A DNA stretch of 64,000 nt from Bacteroidia bacterium (GTDB taxonomy: Bacteria > Bacteroidota > Bacteroidia > 2-12-FULL-35-15). Both the position numbers and the translations under genes were made by a program. Positions 27,700-37,844 of this stretch are shown here, in pieces. The notes beneath the pieces are model-generated. The model was not told the DNA's origin. It searched no databases and saw nothing but the letters and a program-made list of their open reading frames with translations. Within the stretch, counting starts at the first letter, position 1, and every line of letters begins with the position of its first letter. Where the stretch lies: the NCBI GenBank assembly GCA_045805205.1, contig JBJMLR010000009.1:197658-261657 (forward strand), in the 5' to 3' direction.

Positions 27700-27898
27700 A
27701 GTTAGTTTTTATTTGGTGAATTTTTCTAAGTGAACCTTGGTGCTCTGCGTGCCTTATGGCGAATAAAATTTTACCACTAAGACACTAAGATCACGTAGAA
27801 ACACTAAAGGTAAATCTTGGTTAAGCTTTATGGTGTTTTTTCTGCGTGAACCTTGGTGTTCTGAGTGCCTTAGTGGTGAATAAATTTTTACGACAGTA
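27700..27898. repeat. ~55-bp direct repeat x2 between the two AHSA1 paralogs
   Basis: ttttctaagtgaaccttggtgctctgcgtgccttatggcgaataaaatttta and ttttctgcgtgaaccttggtgttctgagtgccttagtggtgaataaattttta. Confidence 0.7.
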
Positions 27899-28396
27899 TT
27901 ACCGTTTCGCCAGCATTGTATCCAGGTTTTCCATCGCCATTGTAAGACCTTCCTTGAAGCCCATTTTGAGTGTAGCTTCCAGCTGAGCGAGGTCAGGATA
28001 GTTGATGATGCCTTCCACCAAGGTATTCTGGCCCATTTCTTTGAAATTCATGATCCATTTAGACTGCGGCATTTCAGGGTTGATCTTTCCATTGGAATCG
28101 CAGAATGCGTCATTGGCTGTGAATTTATTCATCGGTTCGATCTTTTCGTAGTTGGTGACCGACCAATGTTCTTCGCCATTGGGTCCTACTGCGGCGTACA
28201 GCCATTTGCCGCCTTCACGGAAATCCTGGCTCTTTGTTTTTGCTTTCCATGGTTTCGGCATCCACCATTGATCAAGGATCTTATGATCAGTATATGCTTC
28301 CCAGACCGTTGCGCGGTCCGCTGCAAATTCCCGTTGAATGGTGATCACGTTGTGTGTTTTGTCGACATTGAAGTCGAAGAATAATGTTTTGCTCAT
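27899..28396 (-). CDS. SRPBCC-superfamily protein (AHSA1-like), paralog
   Basis: 165 aa. ATVWEAYTDHKILDQWWMPKPW. Confidence 0.75.
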   Translation of the reverse strand: MSKTLFFDFNVDKTHNVITIQREFAADRATVWEAYTDHKILDQWWMPKPWKAKTKSQDFREGGKWLYAAVGPNGEEHWSVTNYEKIEPMNKFTANDAFCDSNGKINPEMPQSKWIMNFKEMGQNTLVEGIINYPDLAQLEATLKMGFKEGLTMAMENLDTMLAKR

Positions 28397-28534
28397 CTTT
28401 TCTGTTTTTTGTTTTATAATATATTCTGGTCTGATACTCTATTTCTCATTCTCTTCAATGTTTGCGTAGTGAAAAAATTAACCACAGAGGATCGGAGGGC
28501 ACGGAGGGCCACAGAGAAACAACTGTAGTAAGTT

Positions 28535-28852
28535 TTATTTCTTCTTTTTTAATGTGAACAGCACTTCATCCAGCTGGTTAAATTTGTCTTCCCACATTTT
28601 GCGGAACTGTTCGATCCATTTATCGATCTCTTTCATTTTGTTAATCTCTAGTGTATAGTATATTTCTCTGCCAACTTGTTCCTGGGTAACGACTTCACAT
28701 TCAGCAAGGATCTGCAGGTGCTTTGAAACCGCCTGGCGGCTGGTATTGAAATGTTCAGCCAGCGCGTTGGGTGTCATGGCATTCAGTGCGATCAGTGTAA
28801 TGATGGCTCTGCGGGTTGGATCGGCAATGGCCTGGAAGATGTCTCGTCTCAT
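28535..28852 (-). CDS. ArsR/SmtB-family transcriptional regulator
   Basis: [19 protein letters not shown] ... [21 protein letters not shown] (wHTH of the ArsR family). Confidence 0.8.
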   Translation of the reverse strand: MRRDIFQAIADPTRRAIITLIALNAMTPNALAEHFNTSRQAVSKHLQILAECEVVTQEQVGREIYYTLEINKMKEIDKWIEQFRKMWEDKFNQLDEVLFTLKKKK

Positions 28853-28860
28853 TTCTTTAA

Positions 28861-28898
28861 TAGGTGATTAGGTAACCAGGTAACGGGGTGACTAAGTG
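28861..28898. repeat. degenerate 8-bp tandem repeat (GTRAYTRG family) in the ArsR upstream region
   Basis: taggtgattaggtaaccaggtaacggggtgactaagtg. Confidence 0.6.
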
Positions 28899-29015
28899 GG
28901 TACTTTCGTTTTTAATAAGCAACTAATCGGTTGCAAATATATGTGCAACTTTTCGGTTGCGCAAATTTAATTTCTGAATTGGTCGTAATTGGTTGGTAGT
29001 CAGCGATAAAAATTA

Positions 29016-29777
29016 TCAGGGTGTTAACGAAAGCGCTTTGATCCGGTCGCCATCAAAAGAAATATAGAGCACATTCGCGAGCGCTGACTTACCGTATTTG
29101 AAGTTTCCGGTCACCGCCAGGCGATTGCCGGTCCATGTTGTTACGCAGGATTCCAGGTGATAATCCTGGCTGTAAAGGAAGGTTCCGGGAGAAATAGCTT
29201 TCAGCAATGCTTTTCCGAATTCTTCTTTTTCATTCCTGCCGCTGATCATTACTTTGTTCAGCTGCTTAATAAAACCGGAGCTGATACCCGGCCCGACCGA
29301 GTTCGAGATCATGTCGGCGCTATCACCGCAGACAAACCCACCAAATTGCGCAGAACCGCCAACTTCATAGTGATGGGAATGGATCCCTCTATACAAATGT
29401 ACACCCGGGCAATATTTTGAAAATAACGGATCCGTTGTCTCGACAAGGTATTTCGCAGCTCCTTTTTTTGTGCTGTCCATTTCAAAGAATGAGAATTTCC
29501 AATGCATCTCTCCCGTCTTTGCATCAAAGGTTTCTGCAAAGGCACCGCTTCCCAAAGGGAAATAGTCGTCCGGATATTTTTTGTAAATGTTTATGAAAAA
29601 AGTTCCTTCGGGGCTGGAGCTGTCGATCGCTAAGGCCGGACCGGGACTATAGAAGAAAAGATCATCTGCGGCTTTGGTCTTTTCGGGATCTGATTTTGTG
29701 CCGGCTTCTGTTTTTGCAGGAGGCTTGCAATTGGCCAGGAGAAGAAGTATAAAGATGGAGTAGACGGCGGTCCGCAT
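29016..29777 (-). CDS. hypothetical lipoprotein
   Basis: 253 aa. Signal peptide with a lipobox-like LLLLANC. Confidence 0.4.
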   Translation of the reverse strand: MRTAVYSIFILLLLANCKPPAKTEAGTKSDPEKTKAADDLFFYSPGPALAIDSSSPEGTFFINIYKKYPDDYFPLGSGAFAETFDAKTGEMHWKFSFFEMDSTKKGAAKYLVETTDPLFSKYCPGVHLYRGIHSHHYEVGGSAQFGGFVCGDSADMISNSVGPGISSGFIKQLNKVMISGRNEKEEFGKALLKAISPGTFLYSQDYHLESCVTTWTGNRLAVTGNFKYGKSALANVLYISFDGDRIKALSLTP

Positions 29778-29786
29778 TTCCGAGCT

Positions 29787-30206
29787 CTATTTCTCTTCGC
29801 CTGTAAGATGTCCTTCCTCAAATAAGAGGGTCCGCAGCACCATGCCATTCTGATCTTTGATGTATTTCTTACCCGACCAGAGCGCTCCGTTTTTGTATGA
29901 ACCTTCTTCATCCGGAACATGCTCCGGATCGGGCTGCTGCTTCATGGCTTTTGTTTTCGGATCCCATTCTCCTTTGTAGATCTTATTTTCGAATGCCAGC
30001 ACACAAATGGTATTATGCTGGCTGTCCATGTACCTAACATAGCCGTTCACAAGTGAATCGCAGCGGAAGATCCCCTGCTCAAGGATAATGCAGTCGCTGT
30101 CGCTGGTCAGGCGTTTGCTGTCTCCATTTCTGCCGCGGCATCCTTGTGCAAAAGCAGCGCCTGTGACGAGAGAGAATAATAGGATCAATTTTATATTTTT
30201 CATCAT
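29787..30206 (-). CDS. hypothetical secreted protein
   Basis: Likely starts at MMKNIKLILLFSLVTGAAFAQ (signal peptide). The ORF-track start at 30260 is probably too long. Confidence 0.35.
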   Translation of the reverse strand: MMKNIKLILLFSLVTGAAFAQGCRGRNGDSKRLTSDSDCIILEQGIFRCDSLVNGYVRYMDSQHNTICVLAFENKIYKGEWDPKTKAMKQQPDPEHVPDEEGSYKNGALWSGKKYIKDQNGMVLRTLLFEEGHLTGEEK

Positions 30207-30327
30207 GGCGATATATATTTCTGTCGGAAGAAGAGATTGCTGAATTGCTTTACATAACAAGTGCTCTCGATGACGGCGCGATCTTCTTTAATCAAATATA
30301 AGGAAAGGGAATAAGAAAAAGAAGCGT

Positions 30328-30513
30328 TTATTTGATCTCCTCAAAATCCACATACTCACCTTCCTCTGCTATCGGATTTTTCTTTTTGGAGGCCGGCTCG
30401 GAATCTGTAGCAGGTCCCGGAGAGTCGTTCCGGCGGGGCCGCATGGAATTAACGCCGTCCATGATCCGGTAAAGGATCCAGACTACTAATATGGTATAAA
30501 AGACGTCGCGCAT
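30328..30513 (-). CDS. small membrane protein (DUF4834-like: N-terminal TM, acidic C-terminus ending YVDFEEI)
   Basis: 61 aa. TM helix FYTILVVWILYRIM. C-terminus EEGEYVDFEEIK. Confidence 0.35.
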   Translation of the reverse strand: MRDVFYTILVVWILYRIMDGVNSMRPRRNDSPGPATDSEPASKKKNPIAEEGEYVDFEEIK

Positions 30514-30547
30514 CGGATTGCAAAGTTAATCAGAATATGGTAGTTAT

Positions 30548-30605
30548 TTATTGTGATAATTAATTAATGTGATAATTAGGATAATTTGGTAATTAGTTAA
30601 TGGAG
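30548..30605. repeat. AT-rich degenerate tandem repeat (GTGATAATTA variant)
   Basis: ttgtgataattaattaatgtgataattaggataatttggtaattagttaatgg. Confidence 0.7.
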
Positions 30606-30917
30606 TAATCGAAAAGTACAGCTGTAATGCCTACGCTTAAAGGATTCCACTGCCATCGTCAGGCATGGCAGGATATAGCTCTGCAAAAAGAAACTGAATG
30701 CCTTAATTCTTAACAGAGAAATTGAATTAAAAGACCTGATTTTTAACGTTTTTGGCGAAGAAAAGCTTGTATCTAGAGTGTTTTTAAATGAAGTAGATAT
30801 CGCCAATTATTTCCCAGAATTCCAATCCGAGTCATATATACAAGGATATACTGGATAGTTTTCCCACGTGATTTCTACCTGCTTTTTACTATCTTTCGGA
30901 TAGCAAAAAACAACTCC

Positions 30918-31778
30918 ATGAACTTATTTAGTAAAGAAAACCCTTTTGTTGAGAGAGCAAAATCTCCTCTATATGGGACTTTTATCGTTTCATGGTTAAT
31001 ATGGAATTGGAGAATTGTTCTTACGGTCTTATTCCTTTCCAAGTCCGACTTTCATGGGTTCACTTTAGTTGAGTACATCGCCAATCATTACTTGCATTTC
31101 TGCAATATTTTGTTCGTCCCGTTGTTATTTACTGCCCTTTATTTATTTGCACTGCCTCACATTGATTACTACATATTGAGTTATACTGAAGAAAGAAAAA
31201 GAAGGAGAATAGACAAAAAAATGAAAATCCTAGGTAGTCACTCCGTGAGCGGTAGAGATTACAATGACTTGCTTTTTAAATATGATGCAGAAAGAAAAAA
31301 GATAATTACTATTCAACAGGAATTAACAACCGCCAATACAGAATTAGTTGGTACAAAAAACAAGCTTGAGGGACAAATCAACTCATATAATCAGCTAAAA
31401 ACGATTATAGATACTCACGAAGCGTCGTTAACTAGGCTTAGAAACCGACATCAATCGTCAGGTTTTTTTAATGGCAGATGGAAGAGGGAAGCAAAGTCGG
31501 GAACTCAGGTGTCAGAGCAAGAAGTTAGCATCCAAGCAAATGATTATTACCGTGTCAAGAATCGCGAAAACAAACAAACTCATATACTGGAATTAGTTAA
31601 TTTTGATCCTGATCGAGCTGATTTGGAATTTGCAAAGGTGTCAGTTGATAACACAGAAATTACTATATGCAAATTAAAAATTGTTGGCGACAACGTGGTA
31701 GAAGGAACCGAAGGAAAAGAAGTCGTGACTTATACGCGAAATAAGTATCAACAACAAGATCAACATACTAAAGTATAG
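30918..31778 (+). CDS. hypothetical membrane protein with a coiled-coil segment (AT-rich islet)
   Basis: 286 aa. Two N-terminal TM helices, then a coiled-coil (ITIQQELTTANTELVGTKNKLEGQINSYNQLKTIID). AT-rich DNA flanked by GTGATAATTA-type repeats. Confidence 0.45.
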   Translation: MNLFSKENPFVERAKSPLYGTFIVSWLIWNWRIVLTVLFLSKSDFHGFTLVEYIANHYLHFCNILFVPLLFTALYLFALPHIDYYILSYTEERKRRRIDKKMKILGSHSVSGRDYNDLLFKYDAERKKIITIQQELTTANTELVGTKNKLEGQINSYNQLKTIIDTHEASLTRLRNRHQSSGFFNGRWKREAKSGTQVSEQEVSIQANDYYRVKNRENKQTHILELVNFDPDRADLEFAKVSVDNTEITICKLKIVGDNVVEGTEGKEVVTYTRNKYQQQDQHTKV

Positions 31779-31853
31779 AGTTGCGTTGACTCAGTTCAGA
31801 TATAATTCCCCTACCTAATTATCAAATCCTGATTATCACATTCTCTAATTATT

Positions 31854-32648
31854 TCAATCCTTCGTCATCTTCCGCATCAGCCTATAAAACATCTTAGGGA
31901 AATAATGTTTTACATACACGGAAAAGATTTCGTACTTACCAACATATTTATGATCGCGGTTGCTTTTTACAGCAGAGATAATTCCTTTTGCGCAATCCAT
32001 GGCCGACATCCCTTTTTCCTGCGCTTCGCTTTTTACTCCATAGGGCGAACCATCTTCTTTTAAAAGCTTTGTGCTCACATCGGTATTAATGAAACCGGGT
32101 GTGGCGATCAATACTTTTACATTGTCTTTGTAGAGCTCTTGCCGTAAAGATTCAAACCATCCGAACAATGCATGTTTGGAAGCAGAATAAGTGGAGTAGA
32201 GCGGAAGTCCGTATTTACCCATGATGCTGGTAACAACCACCAGTTTACCTTCCTGCTGTTTCTGCATCACTTTCGCGACCGCCTTTGTCAGATTGATCGT
32301 TCCGAAAAAATTAATTTCCATCACTTTGCGATCCACTTCAGTTGGCGTATTTACCGCTTTTGTACGGTGTCCCATTCCGCTGTTATTGATCAGCACATCG
32401 ATACGGCCGAATTTTTTCAAAACAGCCTCCACCTTTTCCTGGATATTTTCGGTGTGTTCAAGATCGAGCGGGAGAACAAAAATATTTTCGAAAGGGATCC
32501 TGCAGGCAGCTGCAACACGCTCCAGCTCACCTTCGCGGCGCGCAGAAAGAACAAGCTTTGCACCCTCCGAAGCGCTCACGTAGGCAAGCGCTTCACCAAT
32601 TCCTGATGATGCGCCGGTGATCCAGATGATTTTGTCTTTGAGGTTCAC
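31854..32648 (-). CDS. SDR-family short-chain dehydrogenase/reductase
   Basis: TGASSGIG cofactor motif, NNSG and the catalytic YSASK (Y-x3-K). Confidence 0.85.
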   Translation of the reverse strand: MNLKDKIIWITGASSGIGEALAYVSASEGAKLVLSARREGELERVAAACRIPFENIFVLPLDLEHTENIQEKVEAVLKKFGRIDVLINNSGMGHRTKAVNTPTEVDRKVMEINFFGTINLTKAVAKVMQKQQEGKLVVVTSIMGKYGLPLYSTYSASKHALFGWFESLRQELYKDNVKVLIATPGFINTDVSTKLLKEDGSPYGVKSEAQEKGMSAMDCAKGIISAVKSNRDHKYVGKYEIFSVYVKHYFPKMFYRLMRKMTKD

Positions 32649-32721
32649 GTTTTCAATAGGCCGCCCTTCGACTCCGCTCAGGGTGACGCATCACCCGGCT
32701 GCATAGTCACCGGTCAACCTG

Positions 32722-33558
32722 CTACTTATTTTTATCCTGGAAATCCAATGATTTTACACCGAGAAATTTCAGAAACTTCTTCGCGTTGATCTTCAGGGTT
32801 TCCTTGATCTCCGTGAGTGCCGTTTTTGCAACACCTTCATCGGGTCTTGTTTTAAACCTGGAATCACGGTAAACAAAATCTTTTCCTGCGGGAGTGTAAT
32901 AATAGGCATAGAAAGATTTCCGGCTCTCATCGTCCGGGATATTGATCTTCGCATAACCGTGATATGATGTTTCATCTGTCACCATGATCGCCGCCTGGTT
33001 GAACCAAGGCATTACCTTGCTCATGCAGTTTTTTACATCTTTATCCCAGAACTCAAGTGCTCCGCCATATTCCTGCTTCCAGTTCTTATTCAGATAGATC
33101 AGCAGGTTAATGCGGCGATGTAATTTTGCCGCTGGGTTCATATTTACATCTACGTGGATGTCAACAAAGCTGCCCGGTCCGCCCTGGTGAACTCCAGAGC
33201 CCAATGCATCATAGGTAGAGCTGAGTCCGTCGATGCCGGTTACCTTGCTCATCCATTCATACATTTCAGGAGAGTTCAAAAAATCGCGGAGCTCATTAAA
33301 TTGCGGATGGTAACGGTCCAGGTGATATTCTTCGGATTTATTTTCGTTGATGCTCTTGCGTTTTACTTTCAGAGCGTCGAGCTTTGGAAAGTTGGAGTAG
33401 AGTGTGTCCGCTACCTCCGTTTGCAGAAAATCCGGCAGCGCCACATGTTTGCAGGGGATCGCCGTTTCGAACTGCTTGCGGATCTCATTTATCTTGTCTT
33501 CGCTCAAATAAGCGGGATTGATCAGATTCTTCATTAGTAACAGGGTTTTCAAAGACAA
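32722..33558 (-). CDS. 2OG-Fe(II) oxygenase-superfamily protein (prolyl-hydroxylase-like)
   Basis: HVDVN (HxD) with a downstream H. The RINLLIYLN pattern is typical of P4H/Tpa1-like domains. Confidence 0.5.
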   Translation of the reverse strand: MSLKTLLLMKNLINPAYLSEDKINEIRKQFETAIPCKHVALPDFLQTEVADTLYSNFPKLDALKVKRKSINENKSEEYHLDRYHPQFNELRDFLNSPEMYEWMSKVTGIDGLSSTYDALGSGVHQGGPGSFVDIHVDVNMNPAAKLHRRINLLIYLNKNWKQEYGGALEFWDKDVKNCMSKVMPWFNQAAIMVTDETSYHGYAKINIPDDESRKSFYAYYYTPAGKDFVYRDSRFKTRPDEGVAKTALTEIKETLKINAKKFLKFLGVKSLDFQDKNK

Positions 33559-33686
33559 AAATACACAAAAAAACGCAATTTGTGAGGGTTGAAAGCCACC
33601 TAAAAAATGGGCATTTAACAGTTTTTGGAGAGCCTGTCAGCCTGTTTTTACTATATATTTGTGTAGAACATTCATAAGCTATTTCT

Positions 33687-36242
33687 ATGCAGAATTTTAA
33701 CCTGAGATCCATTCTTCCCATTGTTACCGGCATTGTCATTTTCATTGCATTGACATTCGGCTATTTTACGCCGCTGACCAAAGGCAAGGTCATTATCCAG
33801 AGCGATATGGTTCAGAACAAGGGCATGTCGAAGGAGATCATCGACCACCGTGAGAAGTACCATGAAGAGCCGTTATGGACAAACAGGATGTTTGGCGGAA
33901 TGCCTGCTTTCCAGATCGCGATAACGTATCCGGGCAACTTGTTGACTCCTGTAAGGAATGCTTTCATGCTTGGTTTTCCCACTCCCGCGAACATGGTATT
34001 CTCGTATATGCTGGGCTTTTTCATTCTATTATTGGTGCTGAAAGTTGATAAGTGGCTGAGCATTGTCGGGGCCGTTGGCTTTGGCTTCTCCGCATTTTTC
34101 TTCCTGATCATCAGTGCCGGGCATAATACGCAGGCCCTCGCGATCGGTTATATGGCACCGGTGTTTGCAGGCGTGATCCTTGTCTGCCGTGGGAGATACT
34201 TGCTCGGCGGAGCGATCACAGCGTTATTCTTTGGGCTGGAGCTTGTTTGTAACCATCCTCAGATCGCTTATTACCTGATCCTGCTGTGTGCGATCTACGT
34301 GGCTTTTGAATGGATCGTTCGCTTGCGGAACAGGGAATTCAATGACATCCTGAAGAGCCTTGCCATATTCGCTGTTGCCGGAGCGCTTGCGGTAGGATGC
34401 AACATTACCAACCTCTGGAATACTTATGACTATGCAAAATCCACGATCCGCGGGCCGTCGGAATTATCCTCCGACAAGAGCAATAAAACTTCCGGACTGG
34501 ATAAGGATTATGCAACACAATGGAGCCTCGGTAAATCGGAAACGATGACACTGATGATCCCCGGCTTCAAGGGCCGTTCGTCCAGCGTTCAGATCAAAGA
34601 AAATAAAAGTGCTTTAAAAGGAGTGGATCCGCAAATGAAAGATGTTGTGGGAAATGCATCTCAGTATTGGGGTGATCAGCCTTTTACCGATTCTCCGTAT
34701 GCAGGTTCGGTTATTTGCTTCCTTTTCGTGCTTGGACTTTTTATTGTGCCCGGAAGGTTAAAATGGGCGCTGTTATTTACCACCGTGTTATCGATCACCC
34801 TGGCCTGGGGACATAATTTCATGTCGCTCACTAGCGCATTCCTGGATTATTTCCCGGGGTATAATAAGTTCCGCGCAGTGACCATGATCCTGGTTCTTGC
34901 TGAATTGGCAATACCGCTGCTGGCGATCCTTGCTGTCGACAGGATCCTGAAGACACCGGATATTTTTAAGCAGCCGATCAGTCTTGATCCGCCTGCAATT
35001 TTATCGAAGCTGAAATTCCTGTTCAGCGGAAAAACCATCACGTTCCAGAATGCGCTCATTATCTCTTTTGCACTGACAGGCGGATTGGCGCTGATCTTTT
35101 TCCTGATGCCCGGACTTACTGACTTCAGCGGTGCCGGCGATCAGCAGATGATCAACTATTATACGGAGAAGAACGGAGTGGACATTGCGAATAAGATCAT
35201 GGATAACATTATCATTGCCCGGACATCCATCTTCCGGATCGAGGCAATGCGAAGCTTCTTCCTCATTCTGCTGGGAGCTGCTCTCGTGTGGTTGTTCGTA
35301 AAGCAAAAACTTACCAAAGGCATTCTTATACCGGCATTGGGACTTATTATGCTCTTCGATCTGGCAACGGTTGATAAAACCTTTCTGAACGATAAAAATT
35401 TTACAGGCAAAAAAGAATCAGCAACTCCTTTCCCGATGACGGAAGCGGACAAAGCTGTGCTGGAAGACAAAGATCCGGACTATCGTGTGCTGGACATCAC
35501 CGATCAGCAGAACGGGCCTTTCAATACTGCGAGAGCGTCTTTTTATCATAACTCCATCGGAGGTTACCACGCTGCGAAGCTGAGAAGATACCAGGAGCTG
35601 ATCGAGGCACATATCGGAGGGGAGATCCAGGATGTGGTCGGCGTGCTCAGCCATCAAGCGACAGATTCGGCGATCCGGGTAGCCTTCTCGCGCCAGCCGG
35701 TGCTGAATATGCTGAACATGCGTTACCTGATCTATAATCCGGATGCACAACCGCTTGAAAACCGATATGCTTTAGGCAACGCATGGTTTGTGAACGAAAT
35801 AAAGATGGTGCCGGATGCAGATGCTGAATTAAAAGCAGTCGGAGCGTTTAATCCGAAGCAAACTGCAATTGTGGATGAGCGTTACAAAGCACAGCTCGAA
35901 GGCTTCGCGCCGAAACCGGATCCGAATGGCACTATTAAGCTTACCGAATATAAAGCGAATGATCTGAAATATGAGTCGAATGCGGCTTCAGAGCAACTGG
36001 CGGTATTCTCTGAGATCTACTACAAAGACTGGCATATTTATATTGACGGAGAAAAGAAAGATCTGATCGCTGCCGACTGGATATTACGTGCTGCAAGAAT
36101 TCCTGCCGGAAAACATGCTGTTGAGCTCAGGTTTGAACCGGACAAATATTTCACGGGTGAGAAGATCTCGCTGGTGAGCAGTTTAGCTTTGTTTGCTTTT
36201 GTAGTGGTGTCGTTGTTCCTTGCGTGGAGGAAAAAAAGCTGA
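33687..36242 (+). CDS. YfhO-family (GT-C-like) polytopic membrane protein
   Basis: 851 aa with about 14 predicted TM helices. The N-terminus LWTNRMFGGMPAFQI resembles Bacteroidota YfhO-family proteins. Confidence 0.5.
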   Translation: MQNFNLRSILPIVTGIVIFIALTFGYFTPLTKGKVIIQSDMVQNKGMSKEIIDHREKYHEEPLWTNRMFGGMPAFQIAITYPGNLLTPVRNAFMLGFPTPANMVFSYMLGFFILLLVLKVDKWLSIVGAVGFGFSAFFFLIISAGHNTQALAIGYMAPVFAGVILVCRGRYLLGGAITALFFGLELVCNHPQIAYYLILLCAIYVAFEWIVRLRNREFNDILKSLAIFAVAGALAVGCNITNLWNTYDYAKSTIRGPSELSSDKSNKTSGLDKDYATQWSLGKSETMTLMIPGFKGRSSSVQIKENKSALKGVDPQMKDVVGNASQYWGDQPFTDSPYAGSVICFLFVLGLFIVPGRLKWALLFTTVLSITLAWGHNFMSLTSAFLDYFPGYNKFRAVTMILVLAELAIPLLAILAVDRILKTPDIFKQPISLDPPAILSKLKFLFSGKTITFQNALIISFALTGGLALIFFLMPGLTDFSGAGDQQMINYYTEKNGVDIANKIMDNIIIARTSIFRIEAMRSFFLILLGAALVWLFVKQKLTKGILIPALGLIMLFDLATVDKTFLNDKNFTGKKESATPFPMTEADKAVLEDKDPDYRVLDITDQQNGPFNTARASFYHNSIGGYHAAKLRRYQELIEAHIGGEIQDVVGVLSHQATDSAIRVAFSRQPVLNMLNMRYLIYNPDAQPLENRYALGNAWFVNEIKMVPDADAELKAVGAFNPKQTAIVDERYKAQLEGFAPKPDPNGTIKLTEYKANDLKYESNAASEQLAVFSEIYYKDWHIYIDGEKKDLIAADWILRAARIPAGKHAVELRFEPDKYFTGEKISLVSSLALFAFVVVSLFLAWRKKS

Positions 36243-36353
36243 GTAATACAGGTGCTCAACTAGGTTTGACTTAGCAGCTGAATAAACGCTTCTGGCCCGG
36301 TATGCATTTCCTTAGGCTATACAGCGAAGGAAATTGCCGGACAGAAAAGCTGA

Positions 36354-37838
36354 TCATAGAAAAGTAATCCCGACATGCTTCAGGTTCTTCCTGATCTTAC
36401 CGTTCAGCTCCGGCGCAGCTTCCGTTTTCAGGATCAGGAAGATGAAAATTCCTCCGACGATCGCGCTTCGTATCGCGATATCCGGGATCAAATGTCCTGT
36501 GTACGGAATTAGCATTCCGGGTGCAAGAGCGACTACGGAAATCAGCAATAACTTCAATGAATTAAGATCGTAAGGCTGCATTTTGTAAGTGACCTTCAGG
36601 AAAAGAAAGCGGAGGGAATTATTTGCAACCACCGTAACTGCCGTCGCAATTGCGGAGCCGGCGATTCCATATTTCGGAATAAAAATGAGATTAGCCGCCA
36701 CCACCAATCCTACCATCAGGAAAACAAAGAAAGCGTCAAAGCGGTAATACTTTGAATTTGCAATGATCACCTGGTTGATCCCCGTTGCCATTTCCACAAG
36801 ATATCCCGCACTCAGGATGAGAATCACATATTTGCCGGAAGCATACGCAGGAGGAAGCAGCTGCATGATATTATCAATATTGGCTGCGATCCCGATAAAT
36901 AAAAGAAGTCCAATGGTCAGCTGGCTGTTGCATGACTTCGCATAAAGGGAAGCGATCTCTCGGAGATCTTCTTTTTTGAATGCTTCCGCTACAATTCCGG
37001 TCATGATCCGGTAAAGTGAACGTGCAGGAATGAGAATGATCGTTCCGAACTGGAAAGCGATCCCGTAGATCCCCGCTTTGTCTTCTCCCAGCATGGAGTT
37101 CACCATGATCGCATCGATGTTCAGAATAATTGCTCCTGCACCGCCTGCCAGAATGGAATACACGCCCAGCCGGATCATTTCCGCTCTCAGCTCTGCACTC
37201 ATGAAGCCCCGGATCGGCCTGATATGCCATTCGCCCTGGCGAACGATAAAAGCGAGCAAAATGATGGTCGGCAGACAAACCAGTGAAATGTAGAGCAAAA
37301 TAAAAATTCGGAATTCAATGATCTTCAAGAAGTAAATAAGCAATAGCGCCATGATCAGTATGCGCTGAAGAAAATCTTTGCTGAATGAACCAATGACCGA
37401 GTTGTACGTCGCCCGGAGGTAGCTGTCGAAAATATTAAAAAATACAGTGAAGAATGTCAATGGCATCAGGTAAAAAAGATACGTGACGAACAGCGGGGAC
37501 TTTGCCTGGTTACGCACGATCAGCGATGGCTGAAGGAAAACGAATACGACATAACAGATCGCAAACCCGATCAGCGTGATCAGCAATGCATAAAACAGGA
37601 AGCCATGATGCCCCTTGTCCTTGTTGCGGAAGTAAGGAAAGAAACGGTTGGTGACCGAAGTAAAGCCGAGATTGGCAAATTGTGCGAAGAGCGCTGAGTA
37701 AGAAACAAGGATCCGGAGCACACCATTTTCTGATGGATTGAACAGGTGCGACATCCACATAACGGTAAGAAAACCAAGCCCGGCTCCGAGATAGGAGTAG
37801 ACCGCGTTACGCGTTGCTTGTTTTTCGATGATGCCCAA
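36354..37838 (-). CDS. polysaccharide biosynthesis protein / Wzx-like oligosaccharide flippase
   Basis: 494 aa with about 12-14 TM helices. N-terminus NAVYSYLGAGLGFLTVMWMSHLF..RILVSYSALFAQFANLGFTSVTNRFFPYF is of the Polysacc_synt family. It is a paralog of 50650..52113. Confidence 0.7.
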   Translation of the reverse strand: MGIIEKQATRNAVYSYLGAGLGFLTVMWMSHLFNPSENGVLRILVSYSALFAQFANLGFTSVTNRFFPYFRNKDKGHHGFLFYALLITLIGFAICYVVFVFLQPSLIVRNQAKSPLFVTYLFYLMPLTFFTVFFNIFDSYLRATYNSVIGSFSKDFLQRILIMALLLIYFLKIIEFRIFILLYISLVCLPTIILLAFIVRQGEWHIRPIRGFMSAELRAEMIRLGVYSILAGGAGAIILNIDAIMVNSMLGEDKAGIYGIAFQFGTIILIPARSLYRIMTGIVAEAFKKEDLREIASLYAKSCNSQLTIGLLLFIGIAANIDNIMQLLPPAYASGKYVILILSAGYLVEMATGINQVIIANSKYYRFDAFFVFLMVGLVVAANLIFIPKYGIAGSAIATAVTVVANNSLRFLFLKVTYKMQPYDLNSLKLLLISVVALAPGMLIPYTGHLIPDIAIRSAIVGGIFIFLILKTEAAPELNGKIRKNLKHVGITFL

Positions 37839-37844
37839 GTGCTT

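Noticed and set aside
36874-37278. A 134-aa minus-strand ORF rich in R, H and C.
   Set aside because: It is an alternative frame inside the flippase gene, and the composition is artefactual.
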